Shown here: in pieces, positions 36,841-50,729 of the stretch
Numbering within the stretch: the first letter of the stretch is position 1
How the letters are laid out: the number at the start of each line of letters is the position of its first letter
Source: Ophelia neglecta
Lineage: Eukaryota
Length of the DNA stretch: 64,000 bases
NCBI GenBank assembly: GCA_965285935.1
Contig: OZ260664.1
Coordinates: 92,132,001-92,196,000, forward strand
Direction of reading: 5' to 3'
Translations under genes and position numbers: made by a program
Notes under the pieces: generated by a model
Told to the model about the DNA's origin: nothing
What the model saw: only the letters and a program-made list of their open reading frames with translations
Database searches by the model: none

Positions 36841-39051
36841 GCCGAATCTAACTGCATCTAGCTCTCGCCAAGTTCAACTAAAATGTATGTTTGGTGAAAT
36901 GTTAAATAAATATCTTTGATTTGGCGAGGGGGAGGAGGTCTGTAATAGTTGAGATAATCTTATGTCTACTTGTGCGGTATATCATTAAAAAAATTATTTA
37001 ATAGATTGTTGTGATGTGTGCATGCGAATTCATATTCCATGACTTACTATCAAACAAATATGTTGTACTTATTTTTTTATTTACAGTACTCATATATACA
37101 TTAAGTGTTATATTATGGTGGCTCTCACGCTAGCGATTACCTAAATCTTAGTGAGGGTCTCCATGGCCATAATTATAATTTACCATCAATCATTGTACAT
37201 GTTCATTTTGCTATGGTCGAATAAATATATCTGAACCTGAATCTGTACTTTTTGTTCTTTTGCAAGCACTCCAGTTTCGATGGGATGTGTTTCTTCGTTA
37301 TCTCCTGATGGGAGTGTTACCGCTCGCATTTGGTTGAAATGTTCGGAATGATGAGTTTTCTGCCGTTCAACTTATCTAAATTGAATCAGAATAACAATTC
37401 TCCTATACGTTTTTTCGGTCGCAGTCGCCGCTTGTGGCAATTAGAGTTTGTATAAACCTGTTTCGTAAGTTACTTAAATCTCCAAATGCACGAAAGCAAG
37501 ATGTAGTTTTTCTGACTGTTTGAGCTAGGAACCAGGGTGTGATCACGTTGTTCTATGGAGACACTTGATCGCTTTTGGACTTTGTCGAGCCAAACAACTT
37601 TTGGGACTGAGGGTCCCAGAACTCTTTAAGTACTTCGAACACAACCACCTGAAAGTCTCTGATCGCTTTTAACCTTGGTCCTGCTGACAAAAGGGGTATG
37701 TCTATCGCGATCTGAACCTAATACATCATCGAGGAAGGTAACTATTTGTATCCATGAGGACTTCCAGTAGTTTTCGTATTATCTTACACTTTGGGAGAAG
37801 ATCAGGCTAAAAGGAAGCACGGTGAAGACTGATGAAATGCTCTCGCTATTTTGGTAACAGAACCATTGACTTTGTGTTAAATCAAGGTGGTGATAACCAG
37901 ATTTAAAATAAAATGTATACATTCTTAAAGCCTCATTTTCAGTAAAACATGTCGTATATACTTGATTGTTGTACGCGCATAGCGGCAATTAATTGGACTT
38001 AATGTATATTCTATTAAAAGCTAGCACTGAACTTTCTCCTGCTTAGTACTAACGTGAAGGGACACAATGACTGTTGTCTTATGTATCGAAAATCCACCTC
38101 AAACTACACACTTCATTGACCATGAGAGAGTGAGATAATCGACCGTGGAAACATGGATACTACCTATATGATAATTTATCACAGCATTATGTATTTGTAC
38201 TAAACTTGAACACCATCGGATATAATACATGTCTTATAATAAGATAGATCTTCAGGACTTGTAGAGAGACATTTTCCTATTAATGGCTCCCAATGTTTAA
38301 AAAAGCCTTTATTATTATGTTACACGTTTCATTTATGGCATGTTTCAGTTAAGTATTCGGGGATAGGTGAAAATCCACTCATTTTTCTTTATTTCTCAAA
38401 ACAAACTAATACTTTTCTTTTGGGACTCCAGTTAGTTTAAACGTATTTATTCTGTTGGTTTCCCTCAAAAGCTAAGAGCTGGTCGAGGAGTAACCTTCAG
38501 TTTATCAAGTCTGGTTAAATTGTGTCGGCGCTATATTGCTTTGAACTTTGCTATAACCTCAATCAATGCAAGGTATAGCATGAAATGGGACAAATTAACA
38601 GCCAAGACACATGCGACAATTGATCGCCTCATATCGCCTATATAAGGCGTTTAGTACTTTCTCCCGAGTGCTCCTGGCCGTAACATCAATCGCATAAGGC
38701 GGGCAATCAGTTTAAGCTAATGGGGTTGGTGTGATTCCTATTTTTATCTGCATTGACATTGAACAAGGACTGGGATCTAAGTTGACAATGATTGATTTGC
38801 ACAATAAGGTACAATAATAAACCCTACGAGGGAACAGGCAAGAAAAACGTACGCAGTGAGCCGCTGGTTTTTTTTTTACCATAGTAGGACGTGGAAGAGT
38901 GATATATTAATCACCAAAGGTGAAATGAAAAGACTAGCGGATTGTAAAATTGTGCCTGCTGAACCAATTGCATGACTTAGTTAGGCGAAAGTACGCATTA
39001 TTCAAAGAAGTGATTTTTTTTCGAAAACAGAACCATTTCGGCATTTAGCAT

Positions 39052-39295
39052 GGCATACTGGAAAACCTGATACGAAATACGAAGGAAATACGAGATACAC
39101 AGATACGACAAAATAAGATTGAGTTGGATTATGACAGGGTTAGGGGTAGGTTTAAGCTAGCAACCTAACTAAATCATAACTTACTTTACCCTTCACCCTA
39201 ACCCTAACCTAGTCCATATTGCTACGTTTTAAACACCTCGCATCTCGTATCTGCGTCTCGTATCTGGTATTTCGTATCAGCTTTTCCAGTATGCC
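39052..39295. mobile_element. MITE family B: ~29-bp TIRs, 9-bp TSD (Mutator-like), telomere-like core
   Basis: GGCATACTGGAAAACCTGATACGAAATAC ... GTATTTCGTATCAGCTTTTCCAGTATGCC; TSD ATTTAGCAT at 39043-39051 and 39296-39304; internal GGGTTAGGGG and CCCTAACCCTAACC. Confidence 0.9.
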
Positions 39296-40508
39296 ATTTA
39301 GCATTCACTCTATACCTTCAATGTGTAGCACTTTACCGTTATGTCGCTTTTCATGCAATTGACACACTGTACCATAAAGCATATGCAGGCATTATTGCAC
39401 AACTGCAATAAAACTGCAATACAAGGAAACTCCATATAATCTTGCAAATTCAGGTGGAGTATCTCAATTCTTTGTGCTTTTATAAAACGATACACTTTTA
39501 ACCAGGAGATGAAACCTTATCGTTGCAATTGGTTCTAGTCATGGATCCATTGAGTCATTCAGGGGCTCATTTAGATGGTAAATTGACATGTCCTGATTAA
39601 GCTTTCACTTATGAGTACTGCTAATGTCAGTTATAATTTTTGATATACATAAACCTCATGTATATTATTGACACTTAACTATGCACATTATGTTGCCACA
39701 TTTTTGGTTGCAATCAGTGTTTTTTAAACTAGGAAACAAATCGTCACCCTTTCAATAGTACTGAATACAATGTTTATTTAATTCTCCTTACCTTTTAAAG
39801 TGAGTTATTTGTATGTGTATTTATTGTCGTCCATTCATGTATTTTATGTCACCAGACAAGCACATCATTTCACCAAAAATCGACCCAACATGTGCTCTAC
39901 CTTTTGGTATCTAACAAATAGGGAGACAGCATACAGAGCAGAATCATTATTAAATGTCATTCTGTGTGCGTAGATGCGGTTAAGAGGACATTACCACAGC
40001 GGTAGTAGATAATTAGTACTCCCATTTGGCTTTCATGCATGTGTCTCCATTGCGCGGTAAAGACTAAGTTGCAAGTAATTCAAATGAATTAGCGTGGCTA
40101 GGCCATAGCCTGTGTGGCTATATACGTAGTTTAAAAGCCACTTGGGTAATACCACGCAAAGAGAAATGTCTAGAATAAGTCATATATCCTTGCTCAATTT
40201 CCTCTCTTTAGTATTTACGGACGTCGTCTTCCTGCAAATGGTTCCAAACCTTGAGCCAACTGGCCGTTCACAAGCAGCTGGCCTTTCAGTAAGTATTGTT
40301 GAATATATGAGACACGGAGTGGCCTTGTTTGATTCCAGGATGCCACATAGATTGTACTTTGTACGAGATATGATAAAACCGTCAACAAAATAAGAAGCAC
40401 ATCAGGGTATTTCATTATCATACGGTTTCTCCGATCTCCCCTGTAGATAATGCCATAACAAATATGTTTGACGAAAAGAATCAGGGCTTTCTTTTTGAAT
40501 ATTTATAT

Positions 40509-40620
40509 GGCTTTTGTTAAATCGAGGAGGCGCGGATGCTATGCGGGGGCAGAGGCAATGGCCCGAAGCAAAACCTCTCCAGCAAGCCTAGGGTAAGGGT
40601 TGGGGTTAATTTTAGTGTTG
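40509..40620 (+). mobile_element. MITE family A, 5' half (truncated copy)
   Basis: GGCTTTTGTTAAATCGAGGAGGCGCGGATGCTATGCGG...GAAGCAAA...GGGTTAATTTTAG aligns with 5821-5941. Confidence 0.7.
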
Positions 40621-43600
40621 TAGAAATGAGAGTGATTTATAGTCCCTAATCCCTAACCTGGACAATCATTTAAAATCAAAATCCATTTATATGCACGAGT
40701 GGTCAGGAAAAGTGCATCAACATGGTTAAACAACACTCCGAGTACCTATTCTCTAGAAACTTAGATAAGGAGGCTGAGGATTCACATAGCGAGTTTTACC
40801 GCCTTTAAATCAGGAGTTAGTGACTCCTAGCGGGAACTCATGTATTAATTTAATCTACACTTGGTGACATTCAGGCAAGCCGTTTGCATGCCCAAAACTT
40901 GGCACGCTTGGTTGGACTTAAGTGACGGTCAAAATAATCGCTTGCTACATTCAGGCTTGTCTGATATTATTTCAGGCAGCTGAAGCTGGCATTTCATTGT
41001 CATATGGGGTTTAATCATTTGACGGTTGCGCATATGTGCCGGCATGAATTTGAAACATATATGCCCAAAGGGAACATGCCATGTGCATACCCTATGCCGG
41101 TTCCTGCAACTGAGCAGTAGGAGGCATATTGTAATATGTGCAACCAGACGTAGAAACTGTTTCCCCCCTCTTAGAAAAGCAAATGATAAACGCCCATTGT
41201 TCCTTCTTTAAGCTACTCCTGCACTTGCTCACTAGCAGGAGGAGGCTCGAGCGATAGACCGAAGGCACATTACAACAAATCTTTAACACTGGGGTATAAA
41301 CAGTCTTATCTTGAACAGTCTATCCCATCTTAGCTATTCAGTACATGTCAAACAACAAACTGGTGGCAAACTACCATGTATAACAGAAAAACTAAGCCAA
41401 ACCCGGGACCCCCATGTCTGGAAACCTTCGTCTATTAAGTAGACCTTGTATTTAATACAAAACAATTCAAACCATTTATGACACGTACGACCATGAGCGA
41501 CTGATTTTTTATGTCCATTTTAATTCTTTCAATATAAAAGTTTGGTCTGTTTATTAATTTGACCACCCAGCCCGGATATTTTGGAAAAAGCTACAGTTCG
41601 GAGCCATGTCGTCTACCTGTTGCTTCTGGTGTCACTGTCATATAATTAAACTATTTTGAAAATTAAATGATGAAAAATAATTGGCGTACTAAATAATACT
41701 TAATAATCGATCCTTTCAATATGTTTTTCGTTTCCACAGTGGTCGACGCCCATCTTATAGCTAGAAAGATTTATTGTTTTGTGTGTTGAACACGTTATTA
41801 AATTTTCTGGAACGTCGATAGGCGCCAAAATACCCTCTAGAACGCTTGATGTTGATATATTTATTACATGAGAACACGTACAGAAATCTGACGCAGGTTC
41901 CAATGAAGCTTCTTGTCAGATGTTACAGCTTTATGGTCTGGAGAATCACAGTTACCAGTGTTTTAACGTTGGCAATCGTATCTTTATGATTATTACCAGC
42001 AAAATGGCAACCGATTTTATGACTACCTGTCGGTAGAAGAGGCAATCAAACACACCTAAACACGCCAGATATAATATAACACGGATTCGTTGGTCATACT
42101 CATCGTGGCAATTTTCTGTGAAGTAGTCACTCGAGGAGAAATGGCCTTTTCTCAGATGGAAGTTGAGTTCATTTATCACTCAAAACCGACCTGGGACAAG
42201 TAGTCAGCCGCAGCGAAACAAATAATATGACATATTGCTTTCTGTTGGATATTAACTGTGAATAATGTTTCTCACATTCTTTCAAAGCATTTATTCAGAC
42301 ACACACATGTACAAACCGATGAAAGGGGGTCATATGCTACCTTATGTGACAACCTGTGATACCCCTTTCCAGCAGTGCTAAGGGCATAAGAACTTTGAAA
42401 TATGGAATTATTATCGAAAGTATCGTATTGGATACTTGATTTATAGCAGATCAGCTCCTGTTTCATAAACAATGTCAGCAACCCTATGCAGCCAACCGAG
42501 GACTTGGTTTAAACAAAATGCACCAGATTGCGCTTTAGCGGGATGGATATGTGTTGTCAGACACTAAACACACTTCTCATGTCACACCTGAATGTGAATT
42601 TTATTTAAAATCCGACAATTAAAGATTATGGTATAAAATGTCATGATCGAAAACGGGAGAGTACAAATAATCAGAAATTCCTAACCCATCACTTGAATCG
42701 GGTCCCGGTTTTCTTTGTACGATTGTGTTTTTTGTAGTTTTTGACGATAAACCCGCATTTGTAGGCTAGTATATATAATATATATATATACCCAAAGGTG
42801 GCTTTAAAAGTTACATTCAGCTTTGATTCAAACCATACTTATGTTAAAGTTTTAATGCTTAAAAGTTAATAATAATTGCACCGTGTTAATTTGTATGTCG
42901 CCAATTAGTAATTTTAAGATGTTAAGGGCAAGATGTTTCTTTCTTAAATAAACTCTTCAGTAATATTTACATCTAAGCTAAAGACAATATAAACACCCAT
43001 GCACGCTTTCTTGAATGTGCCATTGAAACGCTAAACATCAGAATGTACCTCTGCATTCAGCCCGGCCGCACATGGCAGGTGTGAAACTAGTTTTTATCAG
43101 ATACCAGTGAGACTCAACCAAATGAGCTATGAAGAATAATTGTTGGAATAGGGGCGAGTTCTCTAGGATCTCTCCGCTGCATGAATACAATCAACCAAGC
43201 CACAATCTCACATAAAATTGTGCCTGTAAGTTATAACCACATGCCATATGCTCTTACCAGAGACATAGTGTAAACTGGACTTAATACCGGTATCCCATCC
43301 CCGTTGTTAGATATGTTTTGTTCTGTTGTAGATAGAAGCCAGTCGCATCTCAATTCGATTATGGGCCTGATTTTCCCAATGTGCTTACCTCCCAGCAATG
43401 TCTCATCACGATTTTACCAGTAAGTTAGTTGGCAATGGATTTAATTAGGCGTGGCCCAGATTCAGGTGTATGTTGCGGGCTTAAGGACACGTTAGAGGAA
43501 CGGGTTTACTATTACTGGCCCATTTTCTTATAACTAAATTCATAAGAAGATGGTTAGCAAATGTAAGGTACTGAACTGAAAGGCAAGGAATTCGATCAAC

Positions 43601-46600
43601 CAAGATTTAGATATTTGACCTGTATTTCACCTTCAGGGAGCATATCATATTCATGGTCGGCTTAAATACCATTGGTAGCCTCACAGTGATGACATTACCT
43701 AGGGGAATGCCTGGTTTATTGACGATCAAATTTCTTCTTGTCATTGATCAAAGCGGCGCTAACGTCTCCGGGGCTGCCGGGGGACATTTCCGGCACATAT
43801 TGATACTATGAATTGGTGTTGGCAAACTGCGCCAGTCATAAATATTTACGGAATATCTTAAGTGTTTCTCACATAACACAAGCTGCAAATATAGCAGTGT
43901 GAAACACATTCAAGGTTATGAATTTATAAACATGCTGCTCAAGACTAGAGCGTTGCTACTATCAAGATGGTTTATTTCGTTCCAGTAGACCATTACTTCA
44001 CGGATGGCACTTTAGTAAATAAATGTACGTCTAAAGTATGGTTAGTTCGTCCGCAATCATATTGGGTATATGAAAAGCAATGCTTTGAAAGGCTGGAGTA
44101 TATAACTACAGAGTCTTTCTGGTATAATGTACGTGATGATTATCAATATGCCATGGGGATTTCACTCCTCGACAGCGCGTCCCTGTTCATGATAATCAAG
44201 CGTTTCCATTATTAATTTGCCTATTCTATTTGAGAAAAAAAAGTCTCTTGGTCTCTCCCAAACCAAGTTGGGGTCACTATCTCCTCTGCGTTTTCATATT
44301 ATTATATGTTCGAGCAATTGAAAACACGGTTTCTATTGTGCATATCATTAATCAGATGAAAATATAGAATTAGACTTTAACAACTAACCAAGGAAGCACA
44401 ATTAGAAATGAATAGTGTGTTTATTAGTCCCAGTGGCGGTTGCTTTTTCCTGGCAAATACAATAAGAATTTGTATAGCACATAAAAGCCAAAATTGAGAA
44501 CAGGGTCCATACCAACCCATTAGAAACAGATTCTTATTTTACTGCTGCAGGGACCAAAATATTAATATGAAGCCAATATCTCTGGTCTTCAGGTAAATAT
44601 TTTTTTCTTCAGGTTAGAATTTAGGACGGCAGACTAAACCCAATGGCACTTTAACTATCAGCAAACATTAAGCATCAAGATAATATGCGGATGAGTGATG
44701 TGATATTTAAATGTAAATGCGCTGACAAATAACATGAGGTAGAATGATGAAAACAGTGCTTAAGTTGTCATCAGTCAATACACTTATTGCCACGTTTCGC
44801 AAAAGAGTGCAGATTTCATAATTTGATTTATACTCTTTAAGAATAGTGGCTGTCTTGCCTCTAGCACATCAGACATCCCCGGAAAACACAGCAGTTTGAT
44901 GTTTTATCTGAAGCCAGGGTGTTATCCGATTCGATTTGCCAGGATGGCGTTTCTAGGCTGGAGGAGAACGTAGACATCAGCAATACCAAGAGATAAGAAG
45001 ATAACCCTTTGTATATGTTTTACTACTAGGTGATCAATCGCAATAAATCTTTAAGAAAGGTTACTCCTTTCTTTTTAATCGCGCACTGATTGGTCTTTAG
45101 TAATATATCCAAGGTGCTGAAGTGTTTGATTAGAAATAAAGCGTTGCTCAACAGGTAAGAATCACTAAATCGTGTAACTAATAACACGATAACACTTACA
45201 GTAATATATAAGCCTGCCAGCTCCATGATAATTTCTTATTTATTTGTAACAAAAAAGTGACTTCGTTTATGCTCTTTGGCACTTTCACGGTAGTGCTCCC
45301 TTGCTCATAAATGTAAATTTCTCTGTTATAAAAAGAACATGTTTTCGATGTGTGCGGTGTTCTACACAGTACACACCATGGGTTGTGATAATAGTGTGAT
45401 GTCTGCAGTGTTTTATCTAAGTCACAATACCGGCCAATTTATTCTTCATTAATGTGTTTGTGGTAATTCCAGGTTTATTCGAAAGTTATTCGAAATGCAT
45501 TGTTTTCAAACCTCATGCACACTAAGCCAATATGGGGTAAGGAAAAAGGAAAAGGCAGGGTTTTCTTTAAGAAAACCCCTTTAACAACCCCTATAAATAG
45601 GTGGTAAATAGGTGGTAGTGGATACTAGGAAAGCAAAGGATAACCACAAGTGAAGAAAAGTCCATTCAGTCAGTCTAAAATTATTAGAAACCAGCTGCCA
45701 CATGACCACAAACATCACTCCCAACCTCTCAAACAATAAATCAACTTAAATAACATACGTCATCAAAATAGACCGAGTGCTCTCTTCTTTTCTGCGACCG
45801 ATCAAAAACATTTAACCATACACTGCACAATGATTATTTAAAGGTAGAACTTCATTTACCATTTTCTTTTGAATGTAAGGAATGTTCTTTCTTCGAGGAT
45901 AAAATTGTCACCCGAGAAATGGGTACAGATAGGAAAAAGGACTGGTTAAGTCCAATATCCCAGTGATTTCGTTTTTCTTACAAGAATGCCTGGGCACAAG
46001 GAAAATTTAAACAAACCTGAAAAATCTTCGGTGAAGCTAATTATATATTTATAAGCTAGGCAAACTTAAGGTTGCGCCATACTGGTTCCGGGCTAGGGAA
46101 CTGGGAGAAATATGGGTAAAATTTGCAGCGGTGACGGCCGGCACGGGACGTTGCAGGAGCTCCGGCGCCACTATGCCAGATTAGCTAAGGCTTGCGTTTT
46201 CACGATATGAACTTCTCATTTGTTCCCGTGGTGTTATATCATATTTCAGACATTTATAAGGTTTTAAATATCGCGATATAAACCAATGTTCTGCTTTTAT
46301 CATAATATATAGCTTACCGTCCAGTCAAAGCCAAAGGTTGTCCGAAAAAATCTATATTCTCTATCTATATGTTTGCTTCGAGAGAGCCAGTGCAAGTCAA
46401 TGGCGAACTTAGTTTTTATGATATCTGGTTTGTTTCAAATAGTGGTCGTGTCCATTGGGTGTGTGGCAGCACCCTTTCAGCTTGCCAGACTTTGTATTCT
46501 GTGCTTAGTTTTTCTTGCACTGGAAACTTTTATTTTATGATATGATCATAAATCAATTACTTGAGATCGCTGTGAAATTATGATTTATTTGGAGGATTTA

Positions 46601-46715
46601 TTTTTGTGATAATAAGGATTTTTTTCCCACTGTATGTTTATCTTTGGCGAACTTTTCATTTTGCTGCTTAGTGTCACTGTTATCTACACCGAACTCTTTT
46701 TTGTCTCTTGCGTCA

Positions 46716-48362
46716 ATGGGATACACTAGGCAGCAATTGTTAGCAATTAATGAATGTGTTATGGTGAATTCAACCATGCTTGACTGGTCAGTTAATTACA
46801 TTAGAAAGGAGAGAATTGTGTCAAAGCCAAATCCCATTACCATCGTGGAGGCCCGAAGAGAACATTGGCGTTTATCATAAGCCTAGATCACCTGATGAAA
46901 ATAACACCTCGGTCAGGCTGGGGCCAGCACTTTTTGAGGGAAATCTTCAATCTGCTGAACAACTATCTACTGCCCCTATTCATGGCGCTTCTGTTAACTG
47001 CCCATCATTTAGGTCACGGAAGAAGACAGTAGTTAATTAAATAATTGATAGTGATCTTGATATGTAAGCTAAACAGAAACTTGGTTGAAAGATGGCACGT
47101 ATGACAGAACACCTTTAGGTTATATGTTTCGTAGTATAACAAAGGCAGGATCAAAGAACGGTGGTATTGGAGTTATTTACAAGAACACTGTCTCCCTAAC
47201 GGAATTCGATCAAACCAAAGTCATTTAAGGCATATTATATTAGGATTGAGAGTGTGACATCTCCTCTCGACTTTTCTGTTATTAAGCGGCACTTAAACAA
47301 AGACGGAAGGGAAGGAAGAAAATAATCCTCCTACTTGGAGACTTTAGTGTTCTCTGGAATAAACCACAAGATCATGATACGAGAGTTTTGTTAGATTTGT
47401 TCGATCAATATGGTCTGTTCCTACATGTAACCAATGACACGCAACGGCGAGGTAAAACAGTTGACTTTGTTGTTTTGCGTGAATATGAGAACATTTTAAG
47501 TCAGAAAAAGTATCCGAACAAATCATTTTATTGTTGATATTTCGCTTCTGCTGTGTAAAGCACCTTTTCACTCTCCGGCTACAGATATAGACACATTTGT
47601 TACTCAATATTATGACATCCTCCTGTCTCTCACTGGCCGGCATGCTTCAGAGAGAGTCAAGGAGGTCGTTGACCGATCAGAGATACCCTGTTATTGGTCT
47701 GATTTGGCCAAGAGGCCCATGGTCCTCTCATTCTACTTTGGTTAAGAGGCTTTAAAAAGCCACGTAAACTGCTACTGATGATATGCTTGATGATGCGGAA
47801 TTATTATATTTCAATACCAAGGTTCAGACAGTGCTGGTAACACAAAACTACTATTTCGGATAGTAGAACTAGAAATAATTTACTCACCTGTTATAGCTAC
47901 ATATATTTAGCAATTTCCACGTCCGTGTCTTCGATTGTTCCAGTGTCCCAGGGCTCAGGTGTTGGTCCTCTTCTATATTCTATTAATGTTATGCTGCTCG
48001 GCAAAATCATCAGGAAACATATGATTGATTTCCACATGTATGCGGATGATAATCATTTGTATTTTGCTTTCAATATGAGTTATGACGGGGAGGCTTGGCA
48101 CAAAAAGGAAATGTGTGGATAGGGAATACAATGGTAAAACTGGACGATAAGACCTAGGCCGTATTTTACTCACCACCACACTAAGGCAATTTGTTCAAGG
48201 ACCGGGCACTCACAGGCACCGCTGCAGCCAACTTGGCAGAGCTGATCACTGTTCGAGGCTCACCTCATCCAGAATTGCGTTCAGCTAGGAATGCATTTGG
48301 TGGTTAAAACAAAAACCAGAATGCATACCTATAGAGATCGCCCCTTTGCCGCAGCAGCCCCA
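46716..48362 (+). mobile_element. Decayed, internally deleted L2/CR1-group LINE ORF2 (APE endonuclease plus reverse transcriptase)
   Basis: TETWLK (47073-47090), GGIGVIYK (47160-47183), HVTNDTQRRGKTVDFV (~47424), VSQGSGVGPLLYSI...FHMYADD (YADD at 48039-48050), terminal TYRDRPFAAAAP (48327-48362); many stops and frameshifts. Confidence 0.85.
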
Positions 48363-50729
48363 GTATGAAACTTTAACTTGTCATATAATGACTTATACCT
48401 ACTTAGTTTTTCTATTTTTAAGAGAAGTCGTAAGTCACATGTGTTTAGATTTGCTTATGATTAGCCCGGCCAAACTTAAGTTAACTTCTTTTCCTTTTTT
48501 AACATTTTGTGCTTTTAAATGCAAGTATCCTTGTTTTATATTTTATTTTCTGAAAAAACCTCTCTATATAAATCCTATTACCTTTGTTTAATATCAGCAC
48601 ATCAATTATTCTTATTGTCAAGCTATAAAAGTTCTTGTACAGTGGTGCAGAACAATGTCCTGAAGGGGTCAATTTCTTAAATATAAACTCAATGTTATTT
48701 TATTATCATTATTTAGCCTGGTCTTTTCAGCCAACATTGGACAACGTCCTCTCGACTGTAGGCGCTCTGCTTCACTTATCATTTGTGTCCTTCGATTCAG
48801 AAAATTCTTTTTAAGGATTTATTATAGAGTTTAGATCATTGTCAAATAGTATGTGGGCTATGAGTGTCATTATCTCTCGTTTATGATTATAAAGGAAACC
48901 AATTTGTGCAATCTAAGGGGCGCTGGTGCAAAAAGATGATTACATTAGGCAATAAATATGTCCACAATAGCTTTGCAAACAACTAAATAAGCCCTTAATG
49001 CCCATGTCGAGAATTATAGTTCCCAACGGTCGGTTGTTTGTGCTGACGTGTACATATATGATTGCAAAAGGGTCGGCACTTTGACATATCACATGCGTTT
49101 TGCCGTGCTACGTCTCTATTCGGCCTTTATGAAAGATCCAAATATTGATTTTATAAGGTTACTGAAATGATGTAAGGGCCATCTGTGTAGACTGACATAA
49201 GACAGAGGCGATTCACTATGGAATCATTTCTGAGCAGAAGCATTAAACGACAATAAACCATTAAATCATAGCCTAATTATCATATTCAGACACATTAACA
49301 CGACCTCAATTTAACGATCCCTAACTTTGAATTCGCCTATTAAGAAATTAATAATGATAAACTTCTATTTCTTGGGCAAAATAAAAGGTCATCCACCTAA
49401 AATCCATTTTAACGTACCATCTTATACATATTCTTTTATCATAGAGTACGGTGAATGTATAAGTCCTGTCCTGTGTGTGGGAAATGTAAGAAGCAGCGTG
49501 TGTGCTTATCAAAGGTTTACATCAATGGCTATCAGCGGGTGCTTTGCTAATCAACATCCTTTTTTCTGGCGGCAAGAAAAATTAAAAACCCCTGCCTTCG
49601 TCCGAAACAATTTGTAATAAACACTAGTCGAAGCCACATCAAGCCGTTAGCGCCTTAGCTCAGATTAGGTTCTTTTAAATGAAAATGCTAAGATACATTG
49701 CTCGGGTATGACAGAAACACTGTTCTCCTTGCCAAAAGGCAATAGCTTGAGAGTTATTAACTATCATCGGAAGGTAAGCTTCGGCAGTAATATTTGTTAT
49801 AATCAAAACATAAACAACCATAGCATACGACACCCGTCTGCACTAGAGCAAATCTTTGCATACATGAAACATGAGATAAAAACAGGATATTTTCGCAACA
49901 CAGGATACGCTCAATATTATCTTCAAAACTGTTTTGATGTCTGGAACATTCGGTTTTCTCGATCGATATGTTCGGTTTTTTTCGCCTAGACTTTTATAGG
50001 TTGCAAATGGCGCACTATTACCACGGTCTATTAAATACTTGTCTCGCATAAACGGATGATATTAACGATAGGCTGTTCTACGTCTCGTAACTTCCTGAAA
50101 AAAGCCACTCTAGAAATAGGAATTGTTTTCTTAGTGAAAACAATGAGTCTATTAGTTTATAAGACACAGCCATACATAACTTGAATTTGTTAAAACGACG
50201 TCCACTAATAGAAGGTAATTCTCCAAACAAAAATAATACATTCTTTATTACTAGCAAAAACATATCAATATTGATAGAAAATATAAATGAATTTGGATGC
50301 AATCCCCCTTTAATCGGCACTAATAATTTATATGGACTGGTTCAAATTTGTTTCATCGCACCATTTCTTTACGCAGAATACTAACTCGCTTGTTCTGCTC
50401 TATGACCCTGTTACATATTGGCTTATAGCAGAAATGTATACCGACGTTAGTGAATTTACACCGTGGTGTACGTTGAGTCAAATTAGGGGTACGTTAGGCA
50501 TAAGATGTATTCGCTACCAGCAACCTGTCTGACGTTGTTATACTTTGTTGCACGCAGAGGCTTCAAAGAATATTTAGTAGCTCAAAATTGCATCCGTAAG
50601 ATGTGTGCTCCATATGGTAGGCATACGTTAGAGGTACGGCACTGGTACATTAGGCAACGTCTGGCACACGTTAGATATACAATCTTATAAGTTATATAGA
50701 AGTGAATGATACGTTATCACACATACGAT

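Larger units (their letters stand above)
37267..44996 (+). pseudogene. Candidate decayed multi-exon gene with SAP-like and C2H2-like motifs
   Basis: Exon-like segments 37267-37464 and 37529-37737 (64-nt GT-AG intron, in phase; LWRHLIAFG...LLGLRVPELFKYFEHNHL), 40212-40288 (CKWFQTLSQLAVHKQLAF[H/Q]), 41920-42200, 43336-43419 and 44865-44996; scattered stops. Confidence 0.3.
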
